IMG/VR virus record: IMGVR_UViG_3300032007_000049
Coordinates: 41,955 to 105,954 of that record
From: a virus
Taxonomy: Duplodnaviria; Caudoviricetes
DNA: 64,000 nucleotides
Direction: 5' to 3' (one strand)
The notes below the pieces were generated by a model that saw nothing but the letters and a program-made list of their open reading frames with translations, had not been told where the DNA came from and searched no databases. Of the stretch, positions 40,712 through 50,533 are shown in pieces. The position numbers were made by a program, and so were the translations under genes. The first letter of the stretch is position 1. Every line of letters starts with the position of its first letter.

Positions 40712-43700
40712 TTATTGATTAATTGTTATATTTCTTATTTTTATCGGATTTTGCGGGCTTGTATTATAAGATAATCCGAACATAACCAAATTATTTGATA
40801 ATATATTACTGGTATCAAAAGGAACTTTACATTCCATTATATTAACAAATGACTTATCCGATATTTTATCTGATGATAGTTCACTTGAATGTAATTTTAA
40901 ATCAACATTTATTTTGGTTCCCATTTCTGAAAACCGTATTCTTAACTGATTAAATATATTTGGATCAGAATCTAAAGGATTATAATCTAATAAATTATAT
41001 TTATACATATAATGTGGTATATTTGTTACGGTGTTATATCCTCGAATAACCACACTTGGAGTATTTAAATTATTATTTGTTATACTAATACCATCCCCAT
41101 GTTGCGAATCACCGGAAATAGCAAAATAATTTGATTCGGTTAACGCTATATCATATATAGTAGGATATGGCATGGCGCTTAAATATGGATCATACATACC
41201 GGAATAATTATTATTTAATGGTATTGCAGTAAAAGCGTCTGAACTTAAAGTATCTAATGTATCAATACTAACAAAAAAACAAAATTGTTCATTTTTATTT
41301 TCATCTGAATAAGGCATATTATATTCAAATGATATAACTGTTGGTTTTTCTGAAATATTTAAAGGTGTTTCATTGAATAATACCTTACCCTTTGTTGTTG
41401 AATGATAATATGGCAACTTGGAATTATATTCAAAAGCACCAATAGTAGGAGTATTAGAACGAATTACATTTCTCGCATCGGTTTTTACATCACTAAGCAC
41501 CACAGCAGTGCTTATAGCAGGACTATTTAATAATACAGGTATTGTTAAAACACTGCCACCATAATTACCTAAAGTACCTAATAACGGATTTGAAGATATT
41601 ATATTAGTACCTGTATTGTAACCCCCTTCAATTATACATGTATTTATAACTTGACCTGGTCTACTATTGATTTCGTTATTACCATCATTAGACACATCAC
41701 CCCACATTATACAATTAGTTACCGTTGGTGCGCCGGCATCTGTAAATATAGCACCACCGATTGAACTTATAGATGCACATGCAGAATTATTAGTAAATGT
41801 ACAATTTTTTATAGAAGGTGATGATATATAATTATATATACCGGCGCCTCCTTTCATGTCAAAATTAGGTTGTAAGCAAGATGTATAATTACTGATAAAT
41901 GTAGAATTTATAATATTCAAATCTTTGTCATGATTATTACATATTGCTCCTCCTTGATTTGCAACATTACCAATAAAAGTACAATTCTTAATATCTGCAC
42001 CAGTAAGTTTATCAGTATTAAGTGCCCCGCCTTCATAATAAGATGTATTATTAATAAATTCACAATCACTTATAATCAAATGATCGGGGGTGTTTGAAGT
42101 ATGTACTGCACCCCCGCGGCCGCCGCGGGAAACATTATCTTTAAAAGTACAATTTGTTATTATCGGAGAAACATAATTATTATACATTCCTGCGCCGTTT
42201 GAAAAACTATAACCATTTTGAATGGTAACATTGTCAATTATTATGTCACCGGTGATTGCGGTGTTTGTATTATATCCATTATCAAAAACCCGATAACTAT
42301 TATTACCATCAAGATAAGTTATATTTTCACCATATATACGCTGATCTTTATTTTTTTCAAAACCTGCAAAGCCGCCATAAAGTGAAACACCTTTTTTCAT
42401 TTTTAATGCAGATCCTTGTTTATATGTGCCAGAAGCAACCCACACTTCACATCCACCATAAACTTCGGATGCTTCGTTTATACCATCTTGAACTTTATTT
42501 TTTGATTCATTCCATTTTAACCCTGTATTCGAAGATAATCCCTGTGTAGAAACATAATAACGAGCTGTATCTATTGTTTCTATACGTAATGGATTAGATA
42601 ATACAGATAAAGTACCGTCACTTATATTTAATGTATAATCGGCGAATCGAGTAGTCTGATTAGTTGTATATGTCGGTATATCTATATTATTACCAACAGG
42701 AATATTATTTTTACACCAAGTATATGATATAGAATTAGCAATCTTAGGTAAATTTGGTTGTAATGTAAATTCATAATTTGAAACAAATTTATAATAATTT
42801 TCAACTGTTTCAATAGAAAATTTATCTCTTGATATATCAACTAATGAATATTCACACGCTCCAATTGTTGGTTCGTAAATATACCTCGAAATACCCCGAG
42901 CGTCAGTAAGAACAACATCATTAAATTTACCTGTATTTATAGCTGAACTACCAGCACTAACTGGCATTGTTAATACAAAACCTTCATAACTACTTAATGT
43001 TCGAAGTTTTGGATCCGCAGTTATAACATTTGTGCCTGTACTATATCCACCAGAAACGATACAAGTATCAATAAATGTATTAGAATTGGATGTATTATAA
43101 AGTTCTTTTCCTTCTCCTTTTGCGGTATCACCCCAAAAAATACAATTAATCGCACTTGGTTTTGATGATTGGCAACTATACATCCCGCCACCATGAGAAT
43201 TATTAGCATATGCAGAATTACCACTAAATGTACAATAAAGAAGTGATGGATTTGAAGATAATATATTATAAATACCGGCGCCGTTTGAACCACTATTAGA
43301 AAATAAAGTACAATTTACAAGAGAAGGATTAGAAATATTACTATTATATAATCCGGCGCCACATGTACTCGCCAAATTGCTATATATTGTACAACTTGTT
43401 AATGTTGGACTAGAGTCGTATATATTATATAAAGAAGCTCCATAAGACGCTATGTTATTTGAAAACGTACAATAAAGAAGTGATGGATCAGAAGAAGATA
43501 AATTAAATAAAGCAGCACCAAAAGTCGATGAATTATTAATGAAATAACAATCATTAATTCGTGGAGATGAATGATTATAATTGTATATACAAGCTCCACT
43601 TGTTGCAACATTCTGTGTAAAATAACCACTCAATATTGAAGGGTTCGAAGATATATTATATATACTACTATTTAAATTTTTTTCAAATGTACAATTTATT

Positions 43701-44992
43701 ATTTGGTTCGAAGATAAAACAGAATTGTTATATACACATGAACCATTAATCGCGGAATTTTCATAAAAATTACAATTTTTTATTTCAGGATTTGAATAAT
43801 TATTATATATAGAACCACAAACCCCTGACGCGGAATTTTCATGAAAATTACAATTTATTATTATTGGATCAGAATAATCATTATATATTACCCCAGTATG
43901 TATCAATGCAGAATTACCACTAAATGTACAAGTTTGTATAAAAGGAGATGAGTGATCGTTCCATATTGCCCCTGCGAATTTATTAGTAATATTTTTATTA
44001 AATCTACAATTTGTTACTGATAAATTAGAAGAAGATAAACTATATATCCCGGCGCCTGCATTACCAACATTTTGTGAAATAAAATCACAACTATTCATTA
44101 TAGAGTTATTAGATTTTTCATCATAAATACCACTACCATTATTAGTCGCATAATTGGATGTAAATTCACAATTTATAATTTTATACTGTGTATCATAATT
44201 ATAAATACCCCCACCGTTATTAGCGGTATAATTATTTTTAAATTCACATCCTGTTAATATAAATGATGATAATACATATCTATTAGAAATTCCGCCGCCA
44301 GCATTTAAAGCCGAATTACCTATAAATGTACAATTTATAGCAGTAAGATTTGCGGTATGGATTCCTATACCGCCGCCGGTATTAAATGTATGATTATTTT
44401 CAAATGTACAATTTATAAGTTTATTCGAAGCATGTTCGCTGGCAAATAATGCACCACCTGAACTTAAAGCGGAATTACTTATAAATGTACAATTTATAAG
44501 TTCGGGAGAAGAATACATACAACTATGTAATGCCCCTGCACCCGCAATACTATTATTATACCTAAATTTACAATTAGTTATAACGGGACTTGCATATCTA
44601 TTATATAGTCCACTACCCCATCCAATTGATGATTTACCATTTTGTATTACAACATTATCAAGTTTTGCGGAATTTGTAAGTGGATTACTTTGAGTATAAT
44701 AATTATAAATAACACCATACAAATTTTCGCCGTCTAAATAAGTTATATTGCCAGAAACACGTTGAGATTTATCGCTTTCAGTGCCAACAAACCCTCCATA
44801 AATTTCTACATTATTTTTCATAACTAACGCCGAGCCACGTTTATACACACCAGCTGCTATCCAAACCTCTCCCCCATGTAGAACATTGGCTACATAATCA
44901 ATAGCTGATTGAATATCACTATACGCATCTGCCCAACTCGTACCATTTTTGAGACCCGCGCCTGTAGGTGTTACATAACTTATACCACTCAT
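40712..44992 (-). CDS. Large right-handed beta-helix (Pmp-like) adhesin / receptor-binding protein
   Basis: Many NCTFxxN-x-A-x-x-GG(A/G)I repeats; two modules each starting YV..G..W..IQ.AI and ending DARxxxR..IGAxEY (choice-of-anchor-Q-like). Confidence 0.85.
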   Translation of the reverse strand: MSGISYVTPTGAGLKNGTSWADAYSDIQSAIDYVANVLHGGEVWIAAGVYKRGSALVMKNNVEIYGGFVGTESDKSQRVSGNITYLDGENLYGVIYNYYTQSNPLTNSAKLDNVVIQNGKSSIGWGSGLYNRYASPVITNCKFRYNNSIAGAGALHSCMYSSPELINCTFISNSALSSGGALFASEHASNKLINCTFENNHTFNTGGGIGIHTANLTAINCTFIGNSALNAGGGISNRYVLSSFILTGCEFKNNYTANNGGGIYNYDTQYKIINCEFTSNYATNNGSGIYDEKSNNSIMNSCDFISQNVGNAGAGIYSLSSSNLSVTNCRFNKNITNKFAGAIWNDHSSPFIQTCTFSGNSALIHTGVIYNDYSDPIIINCNFHENSASGVCGSIYNNYSNPEIKNCNFYENSAINGSCVYNNSVLSSNQIINCTFEKNLNSSIYNISSNPSILSGYFTQNVATSGACIYNYNHSSPRINDCYFINNSSTFGAALFNLSSSDPSLLYCTFSNNIASYGASLYNIYDSSPTLTSCTIYSNLASTCGAGLYNSNISNPSLVNCTLFSNSGSNGAGIYNILSSNPSLLYCTFSGNSAYANNSHGGGMYSCQSSKPSAINCIFWGDTAKGEGKELYNTSNSNTFIDTCIVSGGYSTGTNVITADPKLRTLSSYEGFVLTMPVSAGSSAINTGKFNDVVLTDARGISRYIYEPTIGACEYSLVDISRDKFSIETVENYYKFVSNYEFTLQPNLPKIANSISYTWCKNNIPVGNNIDIPTYTTNQTTRFADYTLNISDGTLSVLSNPLRIETIDTARYYVSTQGLSSNTGLKWNESKNKVQDGINEASEVYGGCEVWVASGTYKQGSALKMKKGVSLYGGFAGFEKNKDQRIYGENITYLDGNNSYRVFDNGYNTNTAITGDIIIDNVTIQNGYSFSNGAGMYNNYVSPIITNCTFKDNVSRGGRGGAVHTSNTPDHLIISDCEFINNTSYYEGGALNTDKLTGADIKNCTFIGNVANQGGAICNNHDKDLNIINSTFISNYTSCLQPNFDMKGGAGIYNYISSPSIKNCTFTNNSACASISSIGGAIFTDAGAPTVTNCIMWGDVSNDGNNEINSRPGQVINTCIIEGGYNTGTNIISSNPLLGTLGNYGGSVLTIPVLLNSPAISTAVVLSDVKTDARNVIRSNTPTIGAFEYNSKLPYYHSTTKGKVLFNETPLNISEKPTVISFEYNMPYSDENKNEQFCFFVSIDTLDTLSSDAFTAIPLNNNYSGMYDPYLSAMPYPTIYDIALTESNYFAISGDSQHGDGISITNNNLNTPSVVIRGYNTVTNIPHYMYKYNLLDYNPLDSDPNIFNQLRIRFSEMGTKINVDLKLHSSELSSDKISDKSFVNIMECKVPFDTSNILSNNLVMFGLSYNTSPQNPIKIRNITINQ

Positions 44993-45014
44993 TTTTAATC
45001 TATTCTTTCCGTAT

Positions 45015-45461
45015 TTATTTTAACACATTATTTTTATTTACATTAATAAGACAATCAATAGAAGAAATAAAATCTTTACATATTAATATGGGTTCATCGT
45101 TTTCAGTTCTATCACCAATACTAAACTGTACATTTTTAAATTTCTTATCGCCTATAATCATATCAAAACAAACAATTGGTCTGTATTCTTTATTTCCCGC
45201 ACCAACATGAATAATGATATCACCATGTTTCTTCATTTTCAAGACTTTATTATCAATTGTTTTAAATTCAACCCAATTATCATCTTGTGATATTACAATC
45301 CCACTCAAAACATTTAATCCATCATTACCACTATCAACTTTTGCCGTTAAATTTTCTAAAACAGGGGTATTTTTACCACAAAAATACAAATCAACTTCTT
45401 CAGTAACCCCTATTTCCATTTGTTCTACGATAGTATTACACTTATCAATGAAATTATTCAT
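45015..45461 (-). CDS. Retropepsin-like aspartic protease (RimK-associated protease family)
   Basis: AKVDSGN catalytic motif, EYRPIV, FSIGDR, ILICKDFI. Confidence 0.75.
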   Translation of the reverse strand: MNNFIDKCNTIVEQMEIGVTEEVDLYFCGKNTPVLENLTAKVDSGNDGLNVLSGIVISQDDNWVEFKTIDNKVLKMKKHGDIIIHVGAGNKEYRPIVCFDMIIGDKKFKNVQFSIGDRTENDEPILICKDFISSIDCLINVNKNNVLK

Positions 45462-45506
45462 AAAAATATTTATTAGGCTAATATTATATCAACTTTTTTA
45501 AACAAT

Positions 45507-45541
45507 AAAAAATGCTATGTTTTTATAACATAGCATTTTTT
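45507..45541 (-). terminator. Intrinsic terminator
   Basis: AAAAAATGCTATGTT-tttat-AACATAGCATTTTTT. Confidence 0.8.
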
Positions 45542-45565
45542 TCATATGTAATTATTTATTTTTTT

Positions 45566-46753
45566 TTAATTATATCCATATTTTTTAGCAATATTTTTGA
45601 ATTGTGGTTGCTTGTCTAAAAGTAATTTCCAATGATCATCATCAAACCTTTTCCAGCCATTATACTTATCACAATATTTTACAAACTGTGGTTGGTCCTT
45701 TAACATAACAGCCCAATCATACCCTTTAAAGTTTTCCCATACATTATATTCGGCACATTTATTTACAAATTGAGGAAAGGAACGTAATATATGACGCCAA
45801 TCTTCATTAATAAACTCTTTCCAACCATTATATTCATCGCAATATTTTGCAAGTTGTGGAAACTGAATGATTGCATGTACCCATCTATCTCCATACATTT
45901 CATAATGATCATCATAAGGAATAAAATCAATATCAGGCTCGCCTGGTGGTGGTACACAAAGTGATCGCCAATTTGATGGTAATACACTAGGCCATGTATT
46001 AAGAAGAGGTTCAGGCGGACTGTTTGGTGATTGAGTAATTTCAATTTTTCCAGATTGGTATATCAATATAGCTAAAAAATCTGTTGGATTAACCTTGTAT
46101 ATTTTATTTTGTGTATTTTTATCTTTTATTTCTTGATCCAATAATGGATGCTTTCTAAAAGCAAAATAGAAATTTCCTTTATCACCGAATGCAACATATA
46201 TTCCTTTATCATTAAACTTAGCCACATGTGTGGATTCAAAATCATCGTTGCTTTTATCTGAGTAAACTTCCCATACTTCTTGACCATCTTTGCTATCAGC
46301 AGCAATACACCAAGACACAGGTAACATAGCTGGCCAATCACACCCTTCGGGTGCGTTGTTGCCGGGTCTTACCAATTTTACTGCATCTTCGTGGGAAGGA
46401 ACTTTAAATAAGATATATTCATCATTTTCAGTGAGTTTTAAACTTTCATATAAACTTCTTTTAGCTTCACCTTTAGTAATTTGAATGTCAGGAATTTTAT
46501 CTAATTTAGATACTAGATCATTATATCTATTAACTATATCGTTATCAAATTGCTTTGAAAAATAAACATCGATATTTCTATATTCCTCCGGGATCTTATC
46601 TTTATTTTTTTGATGTTTCATAAACATCATTTTAATCAAATTAGGATCAAAATTAGGAATTTTGGAAGTAAGAATAGGAGTAATTCTATTACGAACATCT
46701 TTATATCCTTCGGAAATAACTACTTGATTATATACTTTTAAAAAATCTAACAT
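45566..46753 (-). CDS. Late protein with SWCIA domain and C-terminal ~25-aa W..L...PQF repeats
   Basis: Start moved to ATG 46753 (TAAATA 8 nt upstream; MLDFLKVYNQVVISE); four repeats such as WAVMLKDQPQFVKYCDKYNGW. Confidence 0.7.
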   Translation of the reverse strand: MLDFLKVYNQVVISEGYKDVRNRITPILTSKIPNFDPNLIKMMFMKHQKNKDKIPEEYRNIDVYFSKQFDNDIVNRYNDLVSKLDKIPDIQITKGEAKRSLYESLKLTENDEYILFKVPSHEDAVKLVRPGNNAPEGCDWPAMLPVSWCIAADSKDGQEVWEVYSDKSNDDFESTHVAKFNDKGIYVAFGDKGNFYFAFRKHPLLDQEIKDKNTQNKIYKVNPTDFLAILIYQSGKIEITQSPNSPPEPLLNTWPSVLPSNWRSLCVPPPGEPDIDFIPYDDHYEMYGDRWVHAIIQFPQLAKYCDEYNGWKEFINEDWRHILRSFPQFVNKCAEYNVWENFKGYDWAVMLKDQPQFVKYCDKYNGWKRFDDDHWKLLLDKQPQFKNIAKKYGYN

Positions 46754-46769
46754 ATTATAATTATTTATT

Positions 46770-47106
46770 CTATCTATTCCATTCAAATACATAATTACCA
46801 CAATCATAAATTTTACAATATCCATTATCAAACATATTTTGTTCTTCGGTTTTATTAGGATCAAAATGTTCTAAAATTTTTGATAATTTATGTTTTTGAC
46901 AACTAATATGAGAAAGAAATCTTAAATTCCCATTTTTTGTGGATTGCTTGTAATATTTTCATCAGCAAAATATTTATTATTATATTGTTCTATAACAACC
47001 CATAAATCTGGGTATTGTTTTTAAACATAGCAACATAATGCTTCGGTTTAATATTTTTTAAATTTAAAATTGTATTTTTTATTGTTGTATATATATCGCC
47101 CGTCAT
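46770..47106 (-). pseudogene. Collapsed relic of a homing endonuclease gene (Hef-like C-terminus)
   Basis: Frame-shifted fragments MTGDIYTTIK..PKHYVAMFK / KQYPDLWVVIEQY.. / KNGNLRFLSHISCQKHKLSKILEHFDPNKTEEQNMFDNGYCKIYDCGNYVFEWNR*. Confidence 0.65.
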
Positions 47107-47149
47107 AATTTATAATTACTTAGTAAAACAATATTCAAATCCACAATAA

Positions 47150-47179
47150 AAAACCTTCAAATACAAATTTGAAGGTTTT
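47150..47179 (-). terminator. Intrinsic terminator after the tail sheath gene
   Basis: AAAACCTTCAAAT-acaa-ATTTGAAGGTTTT. Confidence 0.8.
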
Positions 47180-47203
47180 AAATTTTTAATTATTTTTACT
47201 CTG

Positions 47204-49879
47204 CTACGCTTGTTCGGTAGTTGTTATACCATTGGTACGCGTAGCATAGAAATTTGCCATGATATACTCTGCAGCTTTTGTCGGAGCAATGTAAATATCT
47301 ACCACCATCTCATTGTTATCAATTACTTCACCGGTATTATTGTTTTCATTGCAAATTATTTTATAATTATACATACCTTGCTGCTGTTTTACTCTGTTAA
47401 ATGTCGGATCTAACGTATTAAACACTTGTGTTCTTGTAAAATAGCTGTTAGGTTCAAATACAAAGTATTTAAGAGCACCTTTAGTAGCTTTTTCGAGATA
47501 TAAGAACAACCTCCTTACATTCAATCTATCAAACGCACTCGGTTTTGTTTGTAATGTCTTTTGACCCCAAACAACTATACCATCATTCGGGAAGAATGCT
47601 ATTGGATTTAATGATATCTTATATAACTGATCGCGTTGCTTTTGATTTGGATATAACGCAACTTCATCTAATGTATTAACAACACCTCTATTAAATCCAG
47701 CAGGGGCAAACCAAGGATAAGAAACATCCGAAGAATAGGCAATTACCGAGGCCATTGTTGCTGAACATGGTAACCAAATATAATTATCCGAACTTTCATC
47801 ATACACTTTACCCCAGTTTGCGTATACCGCACCATATGAAGTATTTTGCGTCATAAATTGATAACGCATTGGCCAATATACATGTTGTGAGAAGTTGCAA
47901 GGCTCACCATCATCAGTAACAGAATCTAATACTTTTGTGGTTTTACCTTTTACACATGTAAATCTCAATGGGTCTAACAAGAATATATGGTCTTTTCTTG
48001 TTTTAGTTGCAAAAGTATTAAATAAATTTGCAATTGTGTTATATAATGTTCTAACTTGATTAGCTGAACCTTTTAATTCGACCAACCCGGTGTTGTAAAA
48101 ACCACCGCCTTGACCATTATTATCAATGTATTTAGTAACATCTATAGTATCATCAAACACATTAGCAGCGGTATCGGACAAATCAGCAAGTCCATCAACA
48201 CCAGGTGTAAGTCTACCATCACCAATATTTGTATAAACCCATACAGTACCTAATCCAGCTTCAACTGTTCCATCAAGATTAAACAATTCATCATCTTCTA
48301 TCTTAGATAAAATACGACTTATCTTATTAGGCAATGCACCAATTTGTTTTGTTGTAGCTGTCGTTGGACTATAAGAACCAACTGGGAATAACGCCTTGGC
48401 GGAATCATTAAATTTAATAGCTTTCGTTGGGTTACCATTAATATCTAACCAAGATTTAGTGTCTTTATTTGTAATAAACTTATTAGCAAGGAATTGAATA
48501 TTAGTTGATTGATTATCAACTAAATTACCCATATACATACGTTTAGCAGGGCCTCCATTTTCAGATTGCAATTGGCGCCAATAGTCAAAAGAACCGAGAT
48601 AAGCTTCTTGTAAACTGTAATCTAATTTAATAACATCAGTGCTAAATACTGTCTTCCTTAATTTGAATAATCCCATCACAGCAGAATCAACAAATTGTGA
48701 ACCGAAAACATTAAATGTTGGAATATTTTCTAATGTTTCAGATATACTATTAATATTAGAATCTGCAGGAGATTGTAATTCGAAATCTAAACGGGCTTCT
48801 GGCAATTCAACATATGATCCGCTATTAATACCTGATAACGGAACTGCTTTATTTACACTTTCAATGTTTACCACACTGTCATAAGGTGAACTTGGTTCTA
48901 ATTTTTCATTATCAGTAATACCAATATAATAACCTTCGAATTGGTCATTAATGGTCGTTTGTGAATTATTTAAAATAACAAATCCATAATCACCAAGAGA
49001 TGAACCAGGAGTAGTAACATTATTATTCCATGTAATTGATTCAACAGCATTAGAATATTCTTCTTTTTCTAAATCAATATGTTTAGGAGCACCAAATACG
49101 ATATAATTAGCAGCAGATAAATTTGATAAAGAATTAGTAACACCTGATAAATTATATAATGAATTTAAACCTGATGAACCTTCTCTATGTAACCCAGGTA
49201 TATCTAACTGTTCAGACATCTGTTCAATAATACCAATATCTTGCATAATATCTAATGGACTATTGACTGTTATATCTCTGCCATTCGTTATTAAATGTTT
49301 CAAAGAAGTGAAAAATTTATTCGCTTCTATTGAATATGTAGATTCAGGAAATGACATTATGGATGATAATGGGAGATATTCACCACCAGCCGAAAGAGCA
49401 TTCACTGGTTCAGCGCCACCTGTAATAGGGGTTGTCAAATGTGAATATTCAGTTGAATTTGGATTCCATAAACTAATATTTTCTGAATAAAAAATAACAT
49501 CACTTGATGATAAATCAACAGTTATAGAAGCATTTTCACTTAATTTATATGCCTTTACAACCGGATATGCTAATGCACCATATTTGTTACCAAACCCATC
49601 ACCCATATTTCTACCATATGGTAAACGGGCGCAGTAAACATTCGCATTAGACGAATATAATTGATTTGCGCTATGATAGAAATATCGTTCAGCCGCGTTT
49701 GTCGGTTGACCATATATTTCTTTAAATTCTTCAAAATCTGTTAATTCTAATATTTCATCAGTCGGTCCTTTATCAGCAAACCCCATTAATAAGAAAGTAG
49801 TTCCTACGGGGGCTACTGTATAATTGGACTGATCAAATTCTTTAATTTCAACTCCGGGAGATGCAATTGTCCTTGCCAT
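47204..49879 (-). CDS. gp18: Tail sheath protein (T4 gp18-like)
   Basis: SPGVEIKEFD, GFADKGP, PWFAPAGFNRG, WGQKTLQTKPSAFDRLNVRRLF, FEPN. Confidence 0.96.
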   Translation of the reverse strand: MARTIASPGVEIKEFDQSNYTVAPVGTTFLLMGFADKGPTDEILELTDFEEFKEIYGQPTNAAERYFYHSANQLYSSNANVYCARLPYGRNMGDGFGNKYGALAYPVVKAYKLSENASITVDLSSSDVIFYSENISLWNPNSTEYSHLTTPITGGAEPVNALSAGGEYLPLSSIMSFPESTYSIEANKFFTSLKHLITNGRDITVNSPLDIMQDIGIIEQMSEQLDIPGLHREGSSGLNSLYNLSGVTNSLSNLSAANYIVFGAPKHIDLEKEEYSNAVESITWNNNVTTPGSSLGDYGFVILNNSQTTINDQFEGYYIGITDNEKLEPSSPYDSVVNIESVNKAVPLSGINSGSYVELPEARLDFELQSPADSNINSISETLENIPTFNVFGSQFVDSAVMGLFKLRKTVFSTDVIKLDYSLQEAYLGSFDYWRQLQSENGGPAKRMYMGNLVDNQSTNIQFLANKFITNKDTKSWLDINGNPTKAIKFNDSAKALFPVGSYSPTTATTKQIGALPNKISRILSKIEDDELFNLDGTVEAGLGTVWVYTNIGDGRLTPGVDGLADLSDTAANVFDDTIDVTKYIDNNGQGGGFYNTGLVELKGSANQVRTLYNTIANLFNTFATKTRKDHIFLLDPLRFTCVKGKTTKVLDSVTDDGEPCNFSQHVYWPMRYQFMTQNTSYGAVYANWGKVYDESSDNYIWLPCSATMASVIAYSSDVSYPWFAPAGFNRGVVNTLDEVALYPNQKQRDQLYKISLNPIAFFPNDGIVVWGQKTLQTKPSAFDRLNVRRLFLYLEKATKGALKYFVFEPNSYFTRTQVFNTLDPTFNRVKQQQGMYNYKIICNENNNTGEVIDNNEMVVDIYIAPTKAAEYIMANFYATRTNGITTTEQA

Positions 49880-49920
49880 ATATAGATATTTATTGTTTTT
49901 AAATGTATATTTTTTATATT

Positions 49921-50484
49921 TTAATACAAATCAACGTAAAATTGATTAAATTTAAATGTTGCATCACAACTAATTTCATCTCCTTTTGAATAATCAAAAT
50001 TTATACTATTTAATTTTACAGGAAATGCATCAGTATATGTTAATTTTAAAATTTTATTATTATATTCATCCATTGCAATAATTGTTTGGGTTGCAACTAA
50101 TTCTTGAAGTTTTTTAGATATTGTTTGTTTTGATAAATTTAAATCGTTATTAATATCAAATATACTTTCCTTTTCATCGTTAAATATGTTAATCCAATTA
50201 TATATACTTAAATAATTTAACCATTGATTATCAATAACATATTTAATATTTAAATCAGAATATTGTTGCCTAGTAAAATTTGGTATATTCATATGTTGTC
50301 CAAATATTGCCAAATTATCACTATTGATATTTATTTCAGGAAATACAGTACCTTGAACAGAAAATTGTAATTCATTTAAAGAATACATTTTTTTATCCAT
50401 TAATTTTTTGGGAAGATTTAATACCATTACGAATTTATTAACCCGCGCCTTGTTTAATATCGCTTGTGATATATTATTACTCAT
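49921..50484 (-). CDS. Tail tube terminator/completion protein (gp3/gp19 fold)
   Basis: Start moved to ATG 50484 behind TAAATA; FSVQGTVFPEI, YVIDNQWLNYLSIYNWI, YTDAFPVKLNSINFDY. Confidence 0.75.
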   Translation of the reverse strand: MSNNISQAILNKARVNKFVMVLNLPKKLMDKKMYSLNELQFSVQGTVFPEININSDNLAIFGQHMNIPNFTRQQYSDLNIKYVIDNQWLNYLSIYNWINIFNDEKESIFDINNDLNLSKQTISKKLQELVATQTIIAMDEYNNKILKLTYTDAFPVKLNSINFDYSKGDEISCDATFKFNQFYVDLY

Positions 50485-50533
50485 GATAATATTTATTTGC
50501 AAAATTAAATGTGTTTTTTAAAATATATACTGA

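Noticed and set aside
40712-44992. Diversity-generating retroelement target in the adhesin or Mtd_N genes
   Set aside because: No reverse transcriptase and no adenine-specific template/variable repeat pair seen in this window; the repeats match the protein coils.
46754-46864. N-terminal 37 aa of listed ORF 45566..46864
   Set aside because: This is an off-frame reading of the endonuclease relic; the likely start is ATG 46753 behind TAAATA.
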